From Acanthaster planci (Eukaryota), in NCBI RefSeq assembly GCF_001949145.1, contig NW_019091361.1, positions 3,373,854 through 3,437,853 of the forward strand: 64,000 bases of DNA, in the 5' to 3' direction. This document shows, piece after piece, positions 10,201 through 23,836 of this stretch (its first letter is position 1; every line of letters starts with the position of its first letter). The position numbers and the translations under genes are program-made. The notes below the pieces were generated by a model, which had not been told where the DNA came from, ran no database searches, and saw nothing but the letters and a program-made list of their open reading frames with translations.

Positions 10201-13027
10201 TTCGCCCCCCATGTTGGAAAAAATGGGCTTTCACAAGAACAGTGGCTCCAATTTTATAAAGTTGGTGTCAGACTGACCTTAGGATATGTACGTAGGAAAC
10301 TCTTGAAGGCCTGGCATGATAGGAGTATGTTTCCACAGTATCAGAAGAAATGCATCAGCTCAGTGAGGGTTAGGTAAAACATATGATGCAAGATATGGGG
10401 CGGAGAGAACCCCCCCCCACCTTTGTGTTGGTCATTGTTTGATCGGAATCTCAGGAATTCTTTACTGACTTCTGGGGGGGATGTGTTAGGTAACAATAGT
10501 CTAGAGTGTGTATAGGGATTGGACATGGGGATGGGTACCTATCGGCCCCATATCGTCCACGGTGTCAGGTAAAATACCACTTGGTGTTCTGCATTCAGTT
10601 TCCCCAGCGGCAGTGAAAAATGAACACACGAGGGAGAATCCAAAGACTATAAATTCGAATAAGTCAGGATTTTCTTTCAAAGTTGTCCCCAAAGATATCA
10701 CAACTTGATTGGCCTTGTTATTTGCTTTCAAATGAGGTATTTCATAATTATTTGGCAGGTGTTTTTGTGAGTTAATATTGCCTTCTTACTTGTTCCTCCT
10801 TAGGTAATGTATCCTCTTCTCTCGCTAAAATCCCTTAAATTAACGGCCATTCTTTTTCAAATTTGATGTTTTTGACGCTCGAAAAATCTGTTGGTCTAAC
10901 AGAGTTTTCCCCTCACCTTGACCTGATCTCTCCGCTCGTCACAGGCAGAGGAGCGGGAACTGCGCAAGATGGAGGAGCAGCGGGCCCAGCAGGAGAAACT
11001 GGCAAAGCAGCAGCAGGCCCGGGAGGACATCGCCACCAACATCCGGCTCAAGACCAGGCGCCACGCCAAAGAGATGCAGGAGGAACTGGCCCTGGACATG
11101 AACATCCTGGAGAAGCTGCTGAGCGACTCACGCAACGAGGCCATGGAGATTGCCCAGAGGAAGGTAAGGCCAAACTTAAGGTATTACTGCTGATTATTAT
11201 TATTGTTATGATTAGTATGTAATTTTTTTAGTAATGAAACCAAAGATTCCTGGCAAGCATCCTGGGCACTGTAACTTGAAGAAGCCTGAGGAAACCTGTT
11301 GAGAGGAGACAGTGAGGAGCAGTTACAGTTTTAGAGGCGGGAGGAAAGCCTCAGAAGAATGTTTCATGTGAAATCCACAGAATCAGGTGGGGACTAAAAA
11401 CCCAATCCACATGTAGACCAAGCTGGAAAATGAACCCAGGCTTTTGAGGTGAATAGCAAGGAAAGAACCACGCTACCAACCCAACCGTCCCATAACAATG
11501 AAGCATCAATGACGTGCACATCATTTGGCAATATTTGTCATTCAAAGGCACTGATTTAATATTGTTAGCCCTGCTTATCTCTGCAGCTCACAGCATCTGA
11601 ACATTCCTGAAATGATTGCAGCCCCCTCAGGAGTATGGTCAATGCTGCCAATTAAGCATCACGGCCCACACGAATACCTGTATATGTGATGCATTAATTG
11701 CAGGCCAGCTGTGCAGGAACTGCTCACCAGACAGGGTAATCATTGAAGAGGCAGTATAGATAAGGGGAAATGTTATCTTGTGTTATTGTAGAAAGAGCTT
11801 CGCGAAGAAGACCAGCGTTACCGCGCCTACCTCAAGCAGTCTGCTCTGGATGAGCAGGAGCGAGACCGCGAGATCGACAGGCTGGTGGACGCTGAGGTGC
11901 AGCGGCAGTGGCAGAAGAGGCTGGACGACTGGGCCAAGCAGCGGGAGGCTAGGAAACGGCTCATGGACAACGTGCTGGCCGTGCGCCGCCAACAGGTGGA
12001 GGAAAAATGTAAGACCCTCATTTGTGTAGTTGGTAAATTTCATCAGTGTCCATCCTGTGTAAGTGTGCAGTGGACGACGGAAAGGCTGGGCTGACTGCCT
12101 GGTTTTTGCCTTACATTAGGAATGTAGTGATGAAGATTTAAAACAGTTTTTTTTCTTGCCTTGGTGTACATATATTTATTAAATTTTGAACTGCTAATTT
12201 CAAGTCAAGCCAAGTCAGTTCACAAAGGATCTACAAGAGAGGATCGAAGGGAATTTTCCCTTGTCTTAATTAAATTTAAGTTGCTTGTGGCTTGGCTTGA
12301 TATTGGATGTGGTATCAACGTGATAACAACTCAAGCAACCAGTGCCCAATATCATGGCCCTGGTGGCAGTGATGTAGTCGAGACCTTAACCCTAACACTC
12401 TTCAGTCCTCCAACAGGTGAAGGATTGAGGAGTGTCAGGGTTAAAGCTTGAGACAGAGACCTGAGGACTGAGCCCGAGACCTCTGGGTCCAAAGTTGAGA
12501 CTGAGACCTTAGCTAGACGACGTAGAATAGATACTAATGAAAATATACATTTATTCCTCCCAAAACCTGGTGTGAACAGCTCAGTGAATTTGGCCCTTGG
12601 AGGTCTCTGAATCATACCTTACAGTAACTTATTAGCATAAATATGTATATTTTTAAAAAAACTTCCAGTGGCAGAAAATGCCAAGGCCCAGATCGAGCTC
12701 CAGAAAGAGCGGGAGTTGATGCAGGTGGCCATGGCTGAGCACCAGCGGCTGGAGGAGGAGAAGCTGGCCGCCATCCGGCGTGACAACCTGGCCTACCAGG
12801 ACCACCTCCTGGGCCAGATGGATTTCACCCGCCGCCAGCACGAGGCCGAGAAGGACGAGGAGCACCTGGAGTACCTCCGGGGGCTGGAAGCCGAGGCCGA
12901 GTACCAGGCCAAGCTCAAGGAGGCCCTGGCCCGCCCTGTCATTGACAAGATGCACCCCATGAGGCGGGCCTATATGGCTCAGAAGTCGGCTGGCGGGAGG
13001 TCACAGGAAGACGAGCTTCCAATGTGA
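7189..13027 (+). CDS. CFAP53: Cilia- and flagella-associated protein 53 (CCDC11), 7 coding exons: 7189-7257, 7757-7986, 8641-8814, 9539-9842, 10945-11163, 11792-12008, 12669-13027; 523 aa
   Basis: All introns GT-AG with consistent phases; total 1572 nt. E/R/K/Q-rich coiled coil with CFAP53-like motifs: REYTGPTP, LRQLLAAE, VAEKLDQRWREECEELR, C-terminal HPMRR. Confidence 0.9.
7757..7986 (+). CDS. CFAP53: CFAP53 coding exon 2
   Basis: tttcag acceptor; RAKMPSKLPPDH...EDRRE; GTAGGC donor. Confidence 0.9.
8641..8814 (+). CDS. CFAP53: CFAP53 coding exon 3
   Basis: tttcag acceptor; LRQLLAAE...EKLDQRW; GTGAGG donor. Confidence 0.9.
9539..9842 (+). CDS. CFAP53: CFAP53 coding exon 4
   Basis: ttccag acceptor; EECEELR...EEEGRLL; GTAGGT donor. 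Confidence 0.9.
10005..10045 (-). ncRNA. Minimal type-I hammerhead ribozyme-like motif (Penelope-like-element type) between 24-bp direct repeats
   Basis: Minus strand UUGCC-CUGAAGA-A-GGUA(CUCAAGU)UACC-GAAA-GCUC-GGCAA: stem I, core, stem II, GAAA, palindromic AGCU stem III, CUC triplet. Confidence 0.55.
10945..11163 (+). CDS. CFAP53: CFAP53 coding exon 5
   Basis: tcacag acceptor; AEERELRKM...IAQRK; GTAAGG donor. Confidence 0.9.
11792..12008 (+). CDS. CFAP53: CFAP53 coding exon 6
   Basis: ttgtag acceptor; KELREEDQRYRAYLK...QVEEK; GTAAGA donor. Confidence 0.9.
12386..12444. mobile_element. 59-bp palindromic TTAA-CCCT...AGGG-TTAA mini-element (piggyBac-like MITE)
   Basis: Self-complementary with TTAA ends; a second 59-bp copy in opposite orientation at 26849-26907. 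Confidence 0.55.
12669..13027 (+). CDS. CFAP53: CFAP53 last coding exon
   Basis: ttccag acceptor; AENAKAQ...HPMRRAY...ELPM, TGA stop. Confidence 0.9.
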
Positions 13028-15669
13028 ATATGTTGTTGATGCATGTACAAGCCTTGAATCCGCCCTCTTTTAAGAAAGTTTTAATACTGTATTTATGTAT
13101 GCTAAGAAATTTGTACAGAAAGACATTCCTTGCATACCAGAGATGCCAGTTTCAGGTATAAGGCTTGTTTTAAGCTTTTTCATTTAAAATGTTGGACTAC
13201 ATGTAATTTCAGGCCTGAACAAGGTATGCTTAGGCTTCTCTAGCCTTATTTTTAGGCCCTAGATAAGAACCTGACTGGTACTCCTCGCACACTTCTTTCA
13301 TTGTTCAGCATTCAAAAATGAATTTTTGGCTCTCTTCCCTGGGGACAGACTACTTCCAATTTGATAACCTGCCAGTTAGAAAAATATTTTGTAATTTTTT
13401 TTATCAAGTTTGCCTTCCAGATGGCCTCAGTTGCCATAATACCAATTGTGACTGCCATTCATGTGAAATCATTCTTTTAGGAATTGCAAGAGGGCACTTT
13501 TTACAATTTGCAATCTCCAGATGGAGAGTCCGTCCATAAATATCTTTTTTGACCGGTGATAATGACATCATGCACCACTGTGCTTTTCTTCTCATGCAAG
13601 TGGTCGGAACTGAACATTTTCAAATGTGTAAGGATGGAATTATTTATTAAGAGTCAAGTATAGTTCATGACAGAAGGACAAGCTTTATATGCTTCCCATG
13701 GAATGTGGTGCATTGTTACCGGAAATTAACATCCCACCAATGTCACATGATATACGTTCCCAGTAATAAATTGATGTATTTCTCATAAGTGCCTTTGGCA
13801 TAGAACCATGGTGCCTTGTACCTTGGGTCTTTTCTTAAAAAGCCAGAGCAAACAGAAAGATGAGCCTGTGAGGCCCACAACTGTTTTATGAACCCCTCCA
13901 AAAAATCAGAATTGAGACTAATAATTTGAACCAGGATCTGTGAGACAGGCAGCCTTGTACATTCATCCTGTCAGAGTTTGCTATGGCTTGTGTGTCTGTC
14001 AATATAGCTTATTTAGCACTAATTTGAAAAAAAAAATTGGGGGCTCACAGATTCTGGTTTCGAATGACACTATGAAATGTAACTATCAAATTGTAGTTCA
14101 TTTTGAAAAATCGTGCTTAGCTTTGAGAGGAAACAACAGATGCTAATATATCTAGAATTTATCTCAATGGTCACTTCCCATTTTAAAGTTGCTGACACCT
14201 TTGCTTTGAAGCCGGTTGCATATTACAGCTCAACAATCTTCATTTCAGGTTATACAAGAGTGTGTTTTTATTAGAAAGGAAGTGTGTGTGATATTTTTGT
14301 AACAGTTTGCTGAGATGGATGTGAAGTCAGGTTCTTACTTTCAAATTTACTAATTATTGTCTGCATTGCTTCGCATCTAGCTAGATCAAAGTGGGCTGAT
14401 GCACAGATGTCTGTCTTGTTCCCCTGAAAAATGAAATTTTTCAAAGAAGCAAAAGTAAATTGTCATTCTGGCCTGGTTAAGCTTAAGGATTCAAAAGGGG
14501 CATTTTCCTTTTTTTGTTAATAGATCCTTAGTTGTAAGGTTTTTGTAAATAAAAGTTTGTAAATAGCTGCAGTACTTGTCATGCACGACCTATATTCCAA
14601 AAGTTGTATCTCGCTTTAATCTCAATGTGATGTTTGTTTTGTTTTTCAAAAATGTTGTATGAGTTCCATCCAGAAATTCAGGTCACGGAATTAATTTCAG
14701 ATTTAATTAACAAGTGTCTCATTGTAAATACATTGGTGCTTTCAGTTCGGAATAAAAACCATGAAAACACAATGTCTCGCTCCTTTGTTTCATTTTGTTT
14801 CGTTTCAAATGAGAGCACATGTAAATAAGTACAGTATACCTGAGCCCTTAAGTATTACACCACTGCACTACTGACACAGATCTGGATCGATCTTAAAGAG
14901 TAACAGGCTTACAAGACATAACAGAAATTTACATATATTAAAAAACCAGCAAGACTACAAAACAGTCATATATATAAAGCTACCCCCAAATAGGTTATGA
15001 AAATACATGTACATAAAACCATGGAGGTAGAATCATAAAACAAACCAGAAAAGAACTTTAAAAGGAATCAAAATACAATAACCAAAAAACGAAAAATGAA
15101 TACGAACAAAACTGAGATAACAAAAATATTACAATGAAAAAGGATACAAATATAAACAAAACTGCTTAAAAAAATTAAGTACCCACAATAATTTCGAAAA
15201 TATAAACAGAACAGACCCATAAGAGAAGTTCCAGATACTTTAAACATGATTCTACCTCCATGCTTTAAACATGTGGTAGGAACAACCCGTAAATCGGAAA
15301 AACACTGAAAAGCAAATGAGAAACAGTGCGAATAATAGAAACAGCAATTAATATAAAGAAAACCATACAAAATAATTTTAAAAGTGCCGCAACACGTCTG
15401 AGACAATATAGAAAAACCGTTTAAAATAAATTATTGCTTTATGGCATCCTAGAATTCAAAGTGCCACAGCCAATGACAGCGCATGGTACATTATAGGTCG
15501 CTTTAAAGTTCTGATTGATTTTTCTTACTCCATGAAGCTCAGAAATGATAGATTACCAATTTGTTTATTTACACAGCTGTAAACAGCAACAAGATTCGAC
15601 GACTGAAGAAAATAACACAATCGATTATTAGGCCCACCATTCAGTACCCCTGCACTTTCGTTGCCGTTC

Positions 15670-15846
15670 ACCGACGTCACGCCCGTACCGTCCCAGCGCT
15701 TGCGACTCGCAGGGGCCAGGATCGTTTGACAACAAAACACAAAAGAGGGCTAGTGATTTAAATATTTAATGAATATGCACAAGTAGTTAAAATGGCGACT
15801 GTGGGTGTTGTCAATGATGCCTGTGCGGGTGCATGCCGCTGTGAGT
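15670..15846 (+). promoter_or_regulatory. Probable promoter and first (non-coding) exon of the P4-ATPase gene
   Basis: CpG-rich patch with GACGTCA (CRE-like), AAAATGGCG (YY1-like) at ~15789 and a GTGAGT donor at 15841. Link to the ATPase is inferred from position only. Confidence 0.4.
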
Positions 15847-18825
15847 ACTTAAGGTTGGCTTTGTAGTTCTGTTGTTTATCAGTTCCAGCGGCCTCCGAAG
15901 GTGTAATGACTTTGTTGATAGCGTGAAGATATTTCCGGTCAGATAGCCACAGATTATTGGGGTAAGTATTTGTCGATAAACTAAAGATCCAGGATTTTGC
16001 GCGGATTTGCTGGAAAGGTGGCAGTACTAACCATGCTAACCATGGAGGAAGGAAACGACTATGGTGTTCTGAAGCGGACAAGTTCATGTACACTGTACAT
16101 GCAGTATATGTAGGCCTAGTTCTACTACTTTGTGCAGAAGTTTGTCCGGCTGGTGCGCGTGCATGCAGTAGTGTAATATTCAGTTGAATCGTAAAGCTGA
16201 AATTATGTCTTGGAATTGCGATTCCAACCATGCCAACTGGCAGTGGGACTCTGTTTCCACTTTTTTCTTTTAAAATATCAAATAGGCCTAGGCCCTAGGC
16301 CTACCAAAAAAAAAAAAGGCTAGGAAGTTTTGCCGCTACTGAGCTAGGCCTAGCTAACGTTACACTGTGCATCTTTCCTTTTTCCTTGTTCTCTGAGCTA
16401 AGGTGGAAAAGGACAACACACATCTGCATGAGGTCTAATATTAGCACATTTTTAAGCCAAAAGTGTTGGTTTTCCCAAATTTACCAAAGAGGAAGTAACC
16501 ACGTTGATTGGTTTATTGAATGGCTACATCAAAATGTCAAAATGTGTTACTTTGAGAAACTGCAATTACAGGAGAATGCTAGGCCTACATATATATCAGC
16601 ACCCCTCCCCCTCAATCTATATAGTCCATTTTCTATGCATTCGTTTTTCAGTGAATGTTTTGCAGACGTGCACGCTATTGAACAGCCAGCGCTTGCTTGT
16701 ATCGTTTGTGTGTGTTCAGAAGTTTTGCAAAAGACCCCAAAATGTTGGAAATTAATCCTCTAATCTTAGGTTATGTGTACTCATTTTTGGTAAATTTGCC
16801 AAGACACAAATACTAGAATTTGTGTCGTGAGTCCCCATCAAAAATTCAGAAGTCTTCATGTCATCTAACAGTTCGCCCTGTATTGTCTAGTATGTACTTT
16901 TAATGTGTCACATGATGTCGTTAAAATTTGTTGACTCAGTGAAGCACTTCAGGGGTGCAAATATATGTAGGACCCTTCACTTATATTTGAAGTTTCAAGG
17001 TGTTAATTTTTGGTTTGCGTTGTCAAGAGAATGAATATGAATAAAGATTAGTGGTGGATCCATTTTAAGTGTTTGTTTCTCATATTTTTCCAGAAGAGAG
17101 CTAGATTGCTTGGGTTGACACTGGGTTGCCCATATTCATAAATAAATGTAATGGATGGGATATGCACCAACCTGATTAACGGGGAAGGGCATAGACATAA
17201 ACCCAAGGGTGTGGCAGGGGTGTGGATGGGGTGTTCACTAACTTGTGCTGGTTGTTGCTGAGCATACAAAGAACATGGCATTGGGAGGGCCTACCGACAG
17301 ATGTGCAGGACCCTGTGTATTCACACTCCATGAGTTAGACTTACACATAATATACCTTTCATAGGAATCTTGACAATCTTACTGTTAATATAATTCAGTG
17401 GACGAGTTGTGGGATAAAAAACCAGAGATCAAAACTCCCTTAGTGGAGAAATTACTCTGGAAAACCCTACAACTGAATTGTATTAAGCATAACATGCATA
17501 ACATGCATAACAAAAAGAGAATGTAATCATCTGTCGGTATGCGGATGGCAATTCATGCCTACAAGACGCCTTGTATATCCTGCATTTACCTCTCACCGCC
17601 ATAACTCTCTGCGCAGCGATATTCTTAAGAACTAACTTTCGTATTATTTCACTGCCCCGTTCAACCGAAAATACATGTCATGGGGTGTACAGAAGAGGGG
17701 CAGACCACTCAAGGATATGGGGTGCCATATTTAGTGTTTGGGCTAGTGAGGGCCGTCAAAACAAACAAGTAGATAAAAGGACACATTATGGATTTTACTC
17801 CTAATCAGTTATGCAAGGATGTTAAATAGTGACACACTGGGTAGCTTCATGTTATAAAAAGTAAAAATACTGTTCTTTCTTGAAATTTGTTTCCCTGTTG
17901 TTGATTTGAAAAAGTTATTCAAATGAACTGGAAATGACTACTGGAAGATTTGAAGTTTGAAGCTGTTTAAATTGCTTTAAAAATTCGAAGAATATGTGCT
18001 GTCACAATGCTTTTACTATGCCAAACACCAGATGGGTGTTCTAGGGTTGCGCTGAACCAAATAGAATCAAGAGCAACTCAGGTTGACCCATGGGTAAATG
18101 GTCCGTGGTTGTTGAGGGGTCTCCAACTGGTTAAATAGGAAACTGAACACAATAATTCTAAAAGTTGTAAATACAAAAACTTAAGAAATAAAACAATATG
18201 AATATAAAAACATAACATTACAATGTAACATTAATAAAATAATTTCAATTAGAAATGAATAAAATAATTTAAATTTGTAAAGCTACGTATGGAAAAAAAA
18301 ATTGAAAATAGACTGAATTGAGCATCTTAAATTACTTTGTACATGTACAAAGAAACAGGTTCTAGCAAGGCAATAGAAAACAATGGGAAACAAAATACAT
18401 ATACGTACAGTAGAACCTTAAAGAAATTTCACAAAATAAACATTTCCAAAAGGTGTTTGTAAAAGTTGAAGTTCAAGAAATAAAAGGTAAAAAAAAACTT
18501 TCTTTAGGTCAAACCTCCATCCTGTCTGTGGCATGGAGGTTTTAATCACATCGTCAAAATTCAGAATGAAAAAAGTTGGCAGTCATTGAACACAAAAGAG
18601 AAAAGCTGCTATTCCCCATTGGTCGATCCATGTTATTCAACACGAAACTCAACACATTTTGAGAGTACCGGGTGTTCGATTTTTTGGTAAGGCAAAATGT
18701 TTTGTAACTTTTGCTGATTCATGAAGTGTATTTTGCTAAGAAATAATCTAATAAGGTAAATAAAGCAATTTTTCACTGGAAGCTGGAATTTGATGTTAAC
18801 TGGGTAAATGCTTGCAACGTAGCTA

Positions 18826-19166
18826 ACACCCATTTCAGACAGGTGTTCTAGGGTCACGCCAAACCAAATAGAATCAAAAGCAACTCGGGTTGACCCAACT
18901 GAATTTTGGTTTCATACAGATGAACTTAATACATGTACATACATTTGCATTGGGTTCAGGCCATGAAAAGATTGAAGTCTGAAACCAAGTCGCTCTGGTG
19001 TCCTTCCGAGTGCCTTTTAGTGTCTATCTTTCACCCGGTAGCACGCCTGGTCACTCCTGCAGGTACATGTAATTGTTTCAGATGTTGAACTTTCGCCACA
19101 CTTAATTCAAAATTTGCTTTTAATTTGGTTTGGCGTAACTCTGGAACACCTGTCTGAAACGGGTGT
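18826..19166. mobile_element. MITE with ~45-bp terminal inverted repeats
   Basis: acacccatttcagacaggtgttctagggtcacgccaaaccaaat ... atttggtttggcgtaactctggaacacctgtctgaaacgggtgt; a partial related copy at ~18030-18091. Confidence 0.6.
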
Positions 19167-19200
19167 AACACTTTACAAAGGCTGCCACTGCCTCCCTACA

Positions 19201-19442
19201 AATTTAGGGGTCCATTTTCTTTCATGTCCCTGTCACATCTGACGCATGATTTTGTAAGTTCAGAACACATTTTTTTACATGTAATTTCCAAGAGTGATAA
19301 ATTTATGCAAATTACTTGCCAAACAAATAGTAATAGTTTGAAATCAATTCCGGTGATATTTCCATGTAAAATAATAAAGGTCAGATGTAACAGGGACACC
19401 AAAATGTCACACTTTTGGACCCCTAATTTCTGGAATTACCCA
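19201..19442. mobile_element. MITE family A, copy 1 (one end truncated)
   Basis: Reverse-complement homologue of 40456-40692; ends ...ggacccctaatttctggaattaccca. Confidence 0.65.
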
Positions 19443-20269
19443 CATGTACTGTATATGTACATGTACATCAACCGACAATGCACATTATGTGCATATATGT
19501 ATTTGCAAGATGTATGAATGCACTGAATCAATTATTCAGTTGGCAAAGAGATAATCATCACATTACTGTCATAGTCACAGTCAGTCACCAGCAGCATCTT
19601 CAAAGACCTATGGCCTGAGGCTTTAACCCAAGTACATAATTTGAGGAAGGACACAGAAGGAGTTACAACTCTGGTAAGTCAAAGTGCTCAATGATCATCG
19701 CCGCCCGGTCAGACGAACACTAGTAAATATTCCCCAAATGCCTGATTACTGCCTGCGGCTTAGCCGGACAAGTGGGGCCAGTAATACCTAGCAATAGTTG
19801 TGGTGTTTTCTTTGCAATTACATGTAACTACAACTTGTCGCAGTGTCCAGGAAATAGAAAGAAAAAATATCTAACATTAGATTTACTTTTGCTGTTGTGA
19901 ATATTTTTTTAAGAGTTTGATTGATTCCATTTCTTCACCCAGGGTATGCCCAAACAGTTTACAAACTGGTTTCCATTGAGGCCCTGCGATCATTACAAAT
20001 GAATAAAATTGTTAGAAACTCACGACGAAAAGTAAAATTGACAAATATGGCAAACATTAATATTTACAAATACAGACCACTAAAGTATCATACACATGTG
20101 AACATTTAAATAAGGCATTCATTGAATACTGATCACAGGATGGGCAAAAACCCTGCAAAAAAAAAATGGGAAAAAAGAACACAGGGAAATTCCTGATCCG
20201 GCTCCAATGAACATTGACAACCAAGTTAACAACTCCATAGATCAGCGTTTGGGACTACACGACACTGGT

Positions 20270-20546
20270 CATGGCTTTCCGTAGTTCTGATTTGATTGTC
20301 CCTAAGGAGTCTATACTTCTGAGTTGCTCTGGCAAATTGTTCCATATTTTGGCACCTTTCACCGCAAAACTTTGAGTGTAGCATTCTTTTTTTGGCTAAA
20401 GAGACTTTAAGTGCCTTGTTAACTGAGTACATGTATCTTGTTTCACGAATCTGTGTGAATGGCATAAACAGATTTGTCACATACATAGGAGCCAATTTGT
20501 TTAGACATTTAAAAACAAGAAAAGTCTTTTTTAACCTAACTCTCAC
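20270..20546 (-). mobile_element. 3' remnant of a CR1/L2-type LINE ORF2 (frameshifted)
   Basis: Minus-strand translation LVFKCLNKLAPMYVTNLF, then in a shifted frame SFAVKGAKIWNNLPEQLRSIDSL, typical of the C-terminus of CR1/L2-clade ORF2. Confidence 0.65.
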
Positions 20547-23500
20547 ATTTCCATTATCCGTGCAATTTTGTAATTTTATTTGTCACTCCAAAACATCAGT
20601 TTCTAAGTCTTTGTACCAATTTGACTAAGATTGCCTAACAACATGTTGGCCACCACAGGAAAGATAAGTTCACGAAAAACAAAATGCACTGTTTCATCAC
20701 AAGGAGTGATCATGAGATTTCATAAAGTACCTTTTGGTATCAATTCCGTAATAAAATTATTGAAAGAAAACAAATCTTATAGACAACTGGGTGTTTATTC
20801 CCAAAATAAGTCCTGAAGAAAGCATTTGTAATAACTGGACATGAACACTTCTGGTACACAGCCTAATGACAGCAACTGCGCAAGCATTAAATGTGATGTT
20901 GTCGGATCATACCAAGCACCAACGATGGCATGAATAGTCAACTTCCTATACTGCAGTACACAACATTTTAAGGATGCAGATTACCAGCGAAAAATTGCAG
21001 CGATGATCATGGGGTACAAAGGGGGTTTATGGTTCTGAAGAAGGTGGTGCATAGCAAGCAGTCGCTGCGCTGTGACTATGGAAATACCGGGCTTGCCAGA
21101 AAGCGGTAATTGGCCAGATGTTATAGCCCGGGCAGTTCAACTTCGAACTCCTTCTGTGTCCCTTCCTCCATGGTACATGTACATGTGGGTACTTTTTTGT
21201 GACACTTCAAGAGATGCATGGTGGTGCAGAACGATAGAGCTGGCAATCCCTCTCCAAAAAGGCTTTTCTGCTGAGCTGGCTTAGAAATTATGTACCAGTT
21301 CATCCGATCATTCGAATGATTCATTCGATCAGGGATTGCTTTGATTTATTTTTCAGACAGCGATGTGATGTTTAAAAAAAATGAGGTCAGCGAACTGACA
21401 AAATGAAATCGTATTTAGGATTCATGTACATGGATTTTGCATCCGCACTGTTTCTAATGGTGCCTGTGATACTCCTGGTGAAGAGAGGTGGTCTCGTGGA
21501 CATTATGGGAGGTAAAGTGACTTGCCCAAAGATTCAACATGTACCAGAAATCAAGCTGCTGGATTATAGCCCCTGACACTGGGATCACCTTATGAACCTT
21601 GATCACTAGACCACACCCCTCAGTATACATGTACATGTATGTAGGGACAGATGGGTCCTGCTAAACATCATTGGGGGGAGGGGCTTTCAAGTCAACAGGG
21701 CTGGGCATCACCTTATACCATGTTGTGCTGTTGACGGTGCATACAGTACATTGTACATGTACCTCAAATATGTCTGATTATAGAGTAGGGAAATGTTTCT
21801 GATGAAGCCTTTGCTGATTGGAAATATGCTTAGAGTAACTGTGAACTTGTTCAATATTATGAGTACGTACAATGTACGTTGATTTTGTATTATTTATGTC
21901 AAGATGATACATGTGCATTCATAGTGCCTGCACATGTTGAATGGGGCAGAAATTTATACACTGCACTGAAAATGAACTTTGAACCAAAGAATAGAAAAAC
22001 TCAGTGTTCCCAGTGTTTGAACAGTGCATTGAATCATCCACCTTACTTACTGTATTTGGCATTTGATTTTTTAGTGTAGTCACTGAGTCATTGGATGGTG
22101 TGGCCAGTGCACAGTGTGCTTTCCGGCTCATGTGTGAGAAATAAAGCTGGCGACTCGGGAAAGCGGACCTGTGCCATTACAATCATGTACATGATGTACA
22201 CTGCAACAGCAAACGTTTCTAATCATGATGGAATGCGCCCACATGCCTTACAGATTACATATAGTTTCTGAAATTACAGGGAAGTGCTCGCCTGAGACAG
22301 GGCGGTGAGGCAGCGTGCTCATCAGGGCCATCATTCGATCAAACGTAGCAGGTGCATTGGGACTGTTGATTGATTTTGCAGTTTAAAATGAATTGAATGT
22401 TATGATTGGATGTACACGTACACGTAGAGTGTTTTGAGTCATCTTGTAATTTTTGGAACTTTTGGCATATGCCCAGACTGTTTGGCCATATGGTTTATCA
22501 TCTACATGCAGGTGAACTGTCTTTTTTATTTAGTGAGGTTGACAGTAAGTAATACTATGTGCGTATACTAAAAGGTGTAGTCCATTTGTCCCTTGTGCAT
22601 TACGTTTTAGGCAACAAAAGTGCCAACAATCTTCCTACGAGTACATGCACTTTATGAAGTTTGAGCTCAGTCAATGCTGTATATGCATACTCTGAGAAAA
22701 ACAGTAGTCTAGGATTTCAGAGTCCAATCAGAAGTTGCAGAGTCATGTTTTGAATTGTGCCCAACTTAAGCGTCTCGGATCTGCTTTAATTCAGCCAATT
22801 ACAACTTAACGATGTTGTGCACTGAACAGCCAAATTACATGTACATGTATGTGTGCATTGTGTCAACACTTTGCTGAATTATTAAAGACAAACTACAATG
22901 GCATTTTGGTTGGAAATTGCCTTCTGTCATCGCTTTCTTCAAAATGACAGCTTGCAAGAAAGAATTATTCCACAGGGAGCTTAGTCCCATGACTATCTTT
23001 AATCCAAGTACATATGTACATGTACATATACATGTACTTTTCAGGTATATTTTCGTCAGTAAATGTGGGATACCTGCTGAATCTATATGCACATATGTTA
23101 ATAGTACAGTGTACATGTTCATGTACCGATACAACCTACTGGGTATAAATTCTCCATGTACATGTACATGTACAGTACTTTCATCACCTACGGTGACCTA
23201 AATAGTTGAGCAGTGGAGTGATGTCCGCAACCCTTCACCTTCACCCTTACACTGAACTCACTGGGCCATGAAATTGTTCAAGCTTACATTAAGCATGGGA
23301 TGGCATGGTTGGTCTGAGCAGTGCGATAGACAGCATCATGCTGGAGCAAATGGAAATTATCGCATTCAGCTGGATTTGTTTTGTTTTGAAATATTAAATT
23401 TACACGTTCATGTATGTTTGTTTCCATAAATGTAAGTCGTAGCTTTTAAACCCTGGTAAGGCTGGAAATGCCTTCCCTTTCCCCTTAAGTACTAACACCA

Positions 23501-23836
23501 CTCAAAAAAGTTGTGGACCACTTTTTACTTTGTGTATACTTTTTTATGTGAGATACATGTATTTTCCTGCTGAACATGTGCATTTGATGTTTTGAAACAT
23601 TTTTTAAACGTTTTTTTATTCCAATGAGAATACCATCTACACAAAAAAGGAAAAGATCTACACTCCACTTATTGCTTTGAAAAAACTTACAAGTTAAGAA
23701 AAAAGTGGTCCTTAACCTGTTTTGAGTAGTCGAATTATGTATGAACCACTGGAAAAAATGAACTGATTTCATTTTGAAATGAATAGAAAAAACCTTGTGG
23801 GTTTTGGTGAAATGCATGTACATGTACATCTAGGCT

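Noticed and set aside
8551..12955. Antisense and alternative-frame ORFs overlapping CFAP53 exons
   Set aside because: Shadow ORFs caused by GC3-rich coding sequence.
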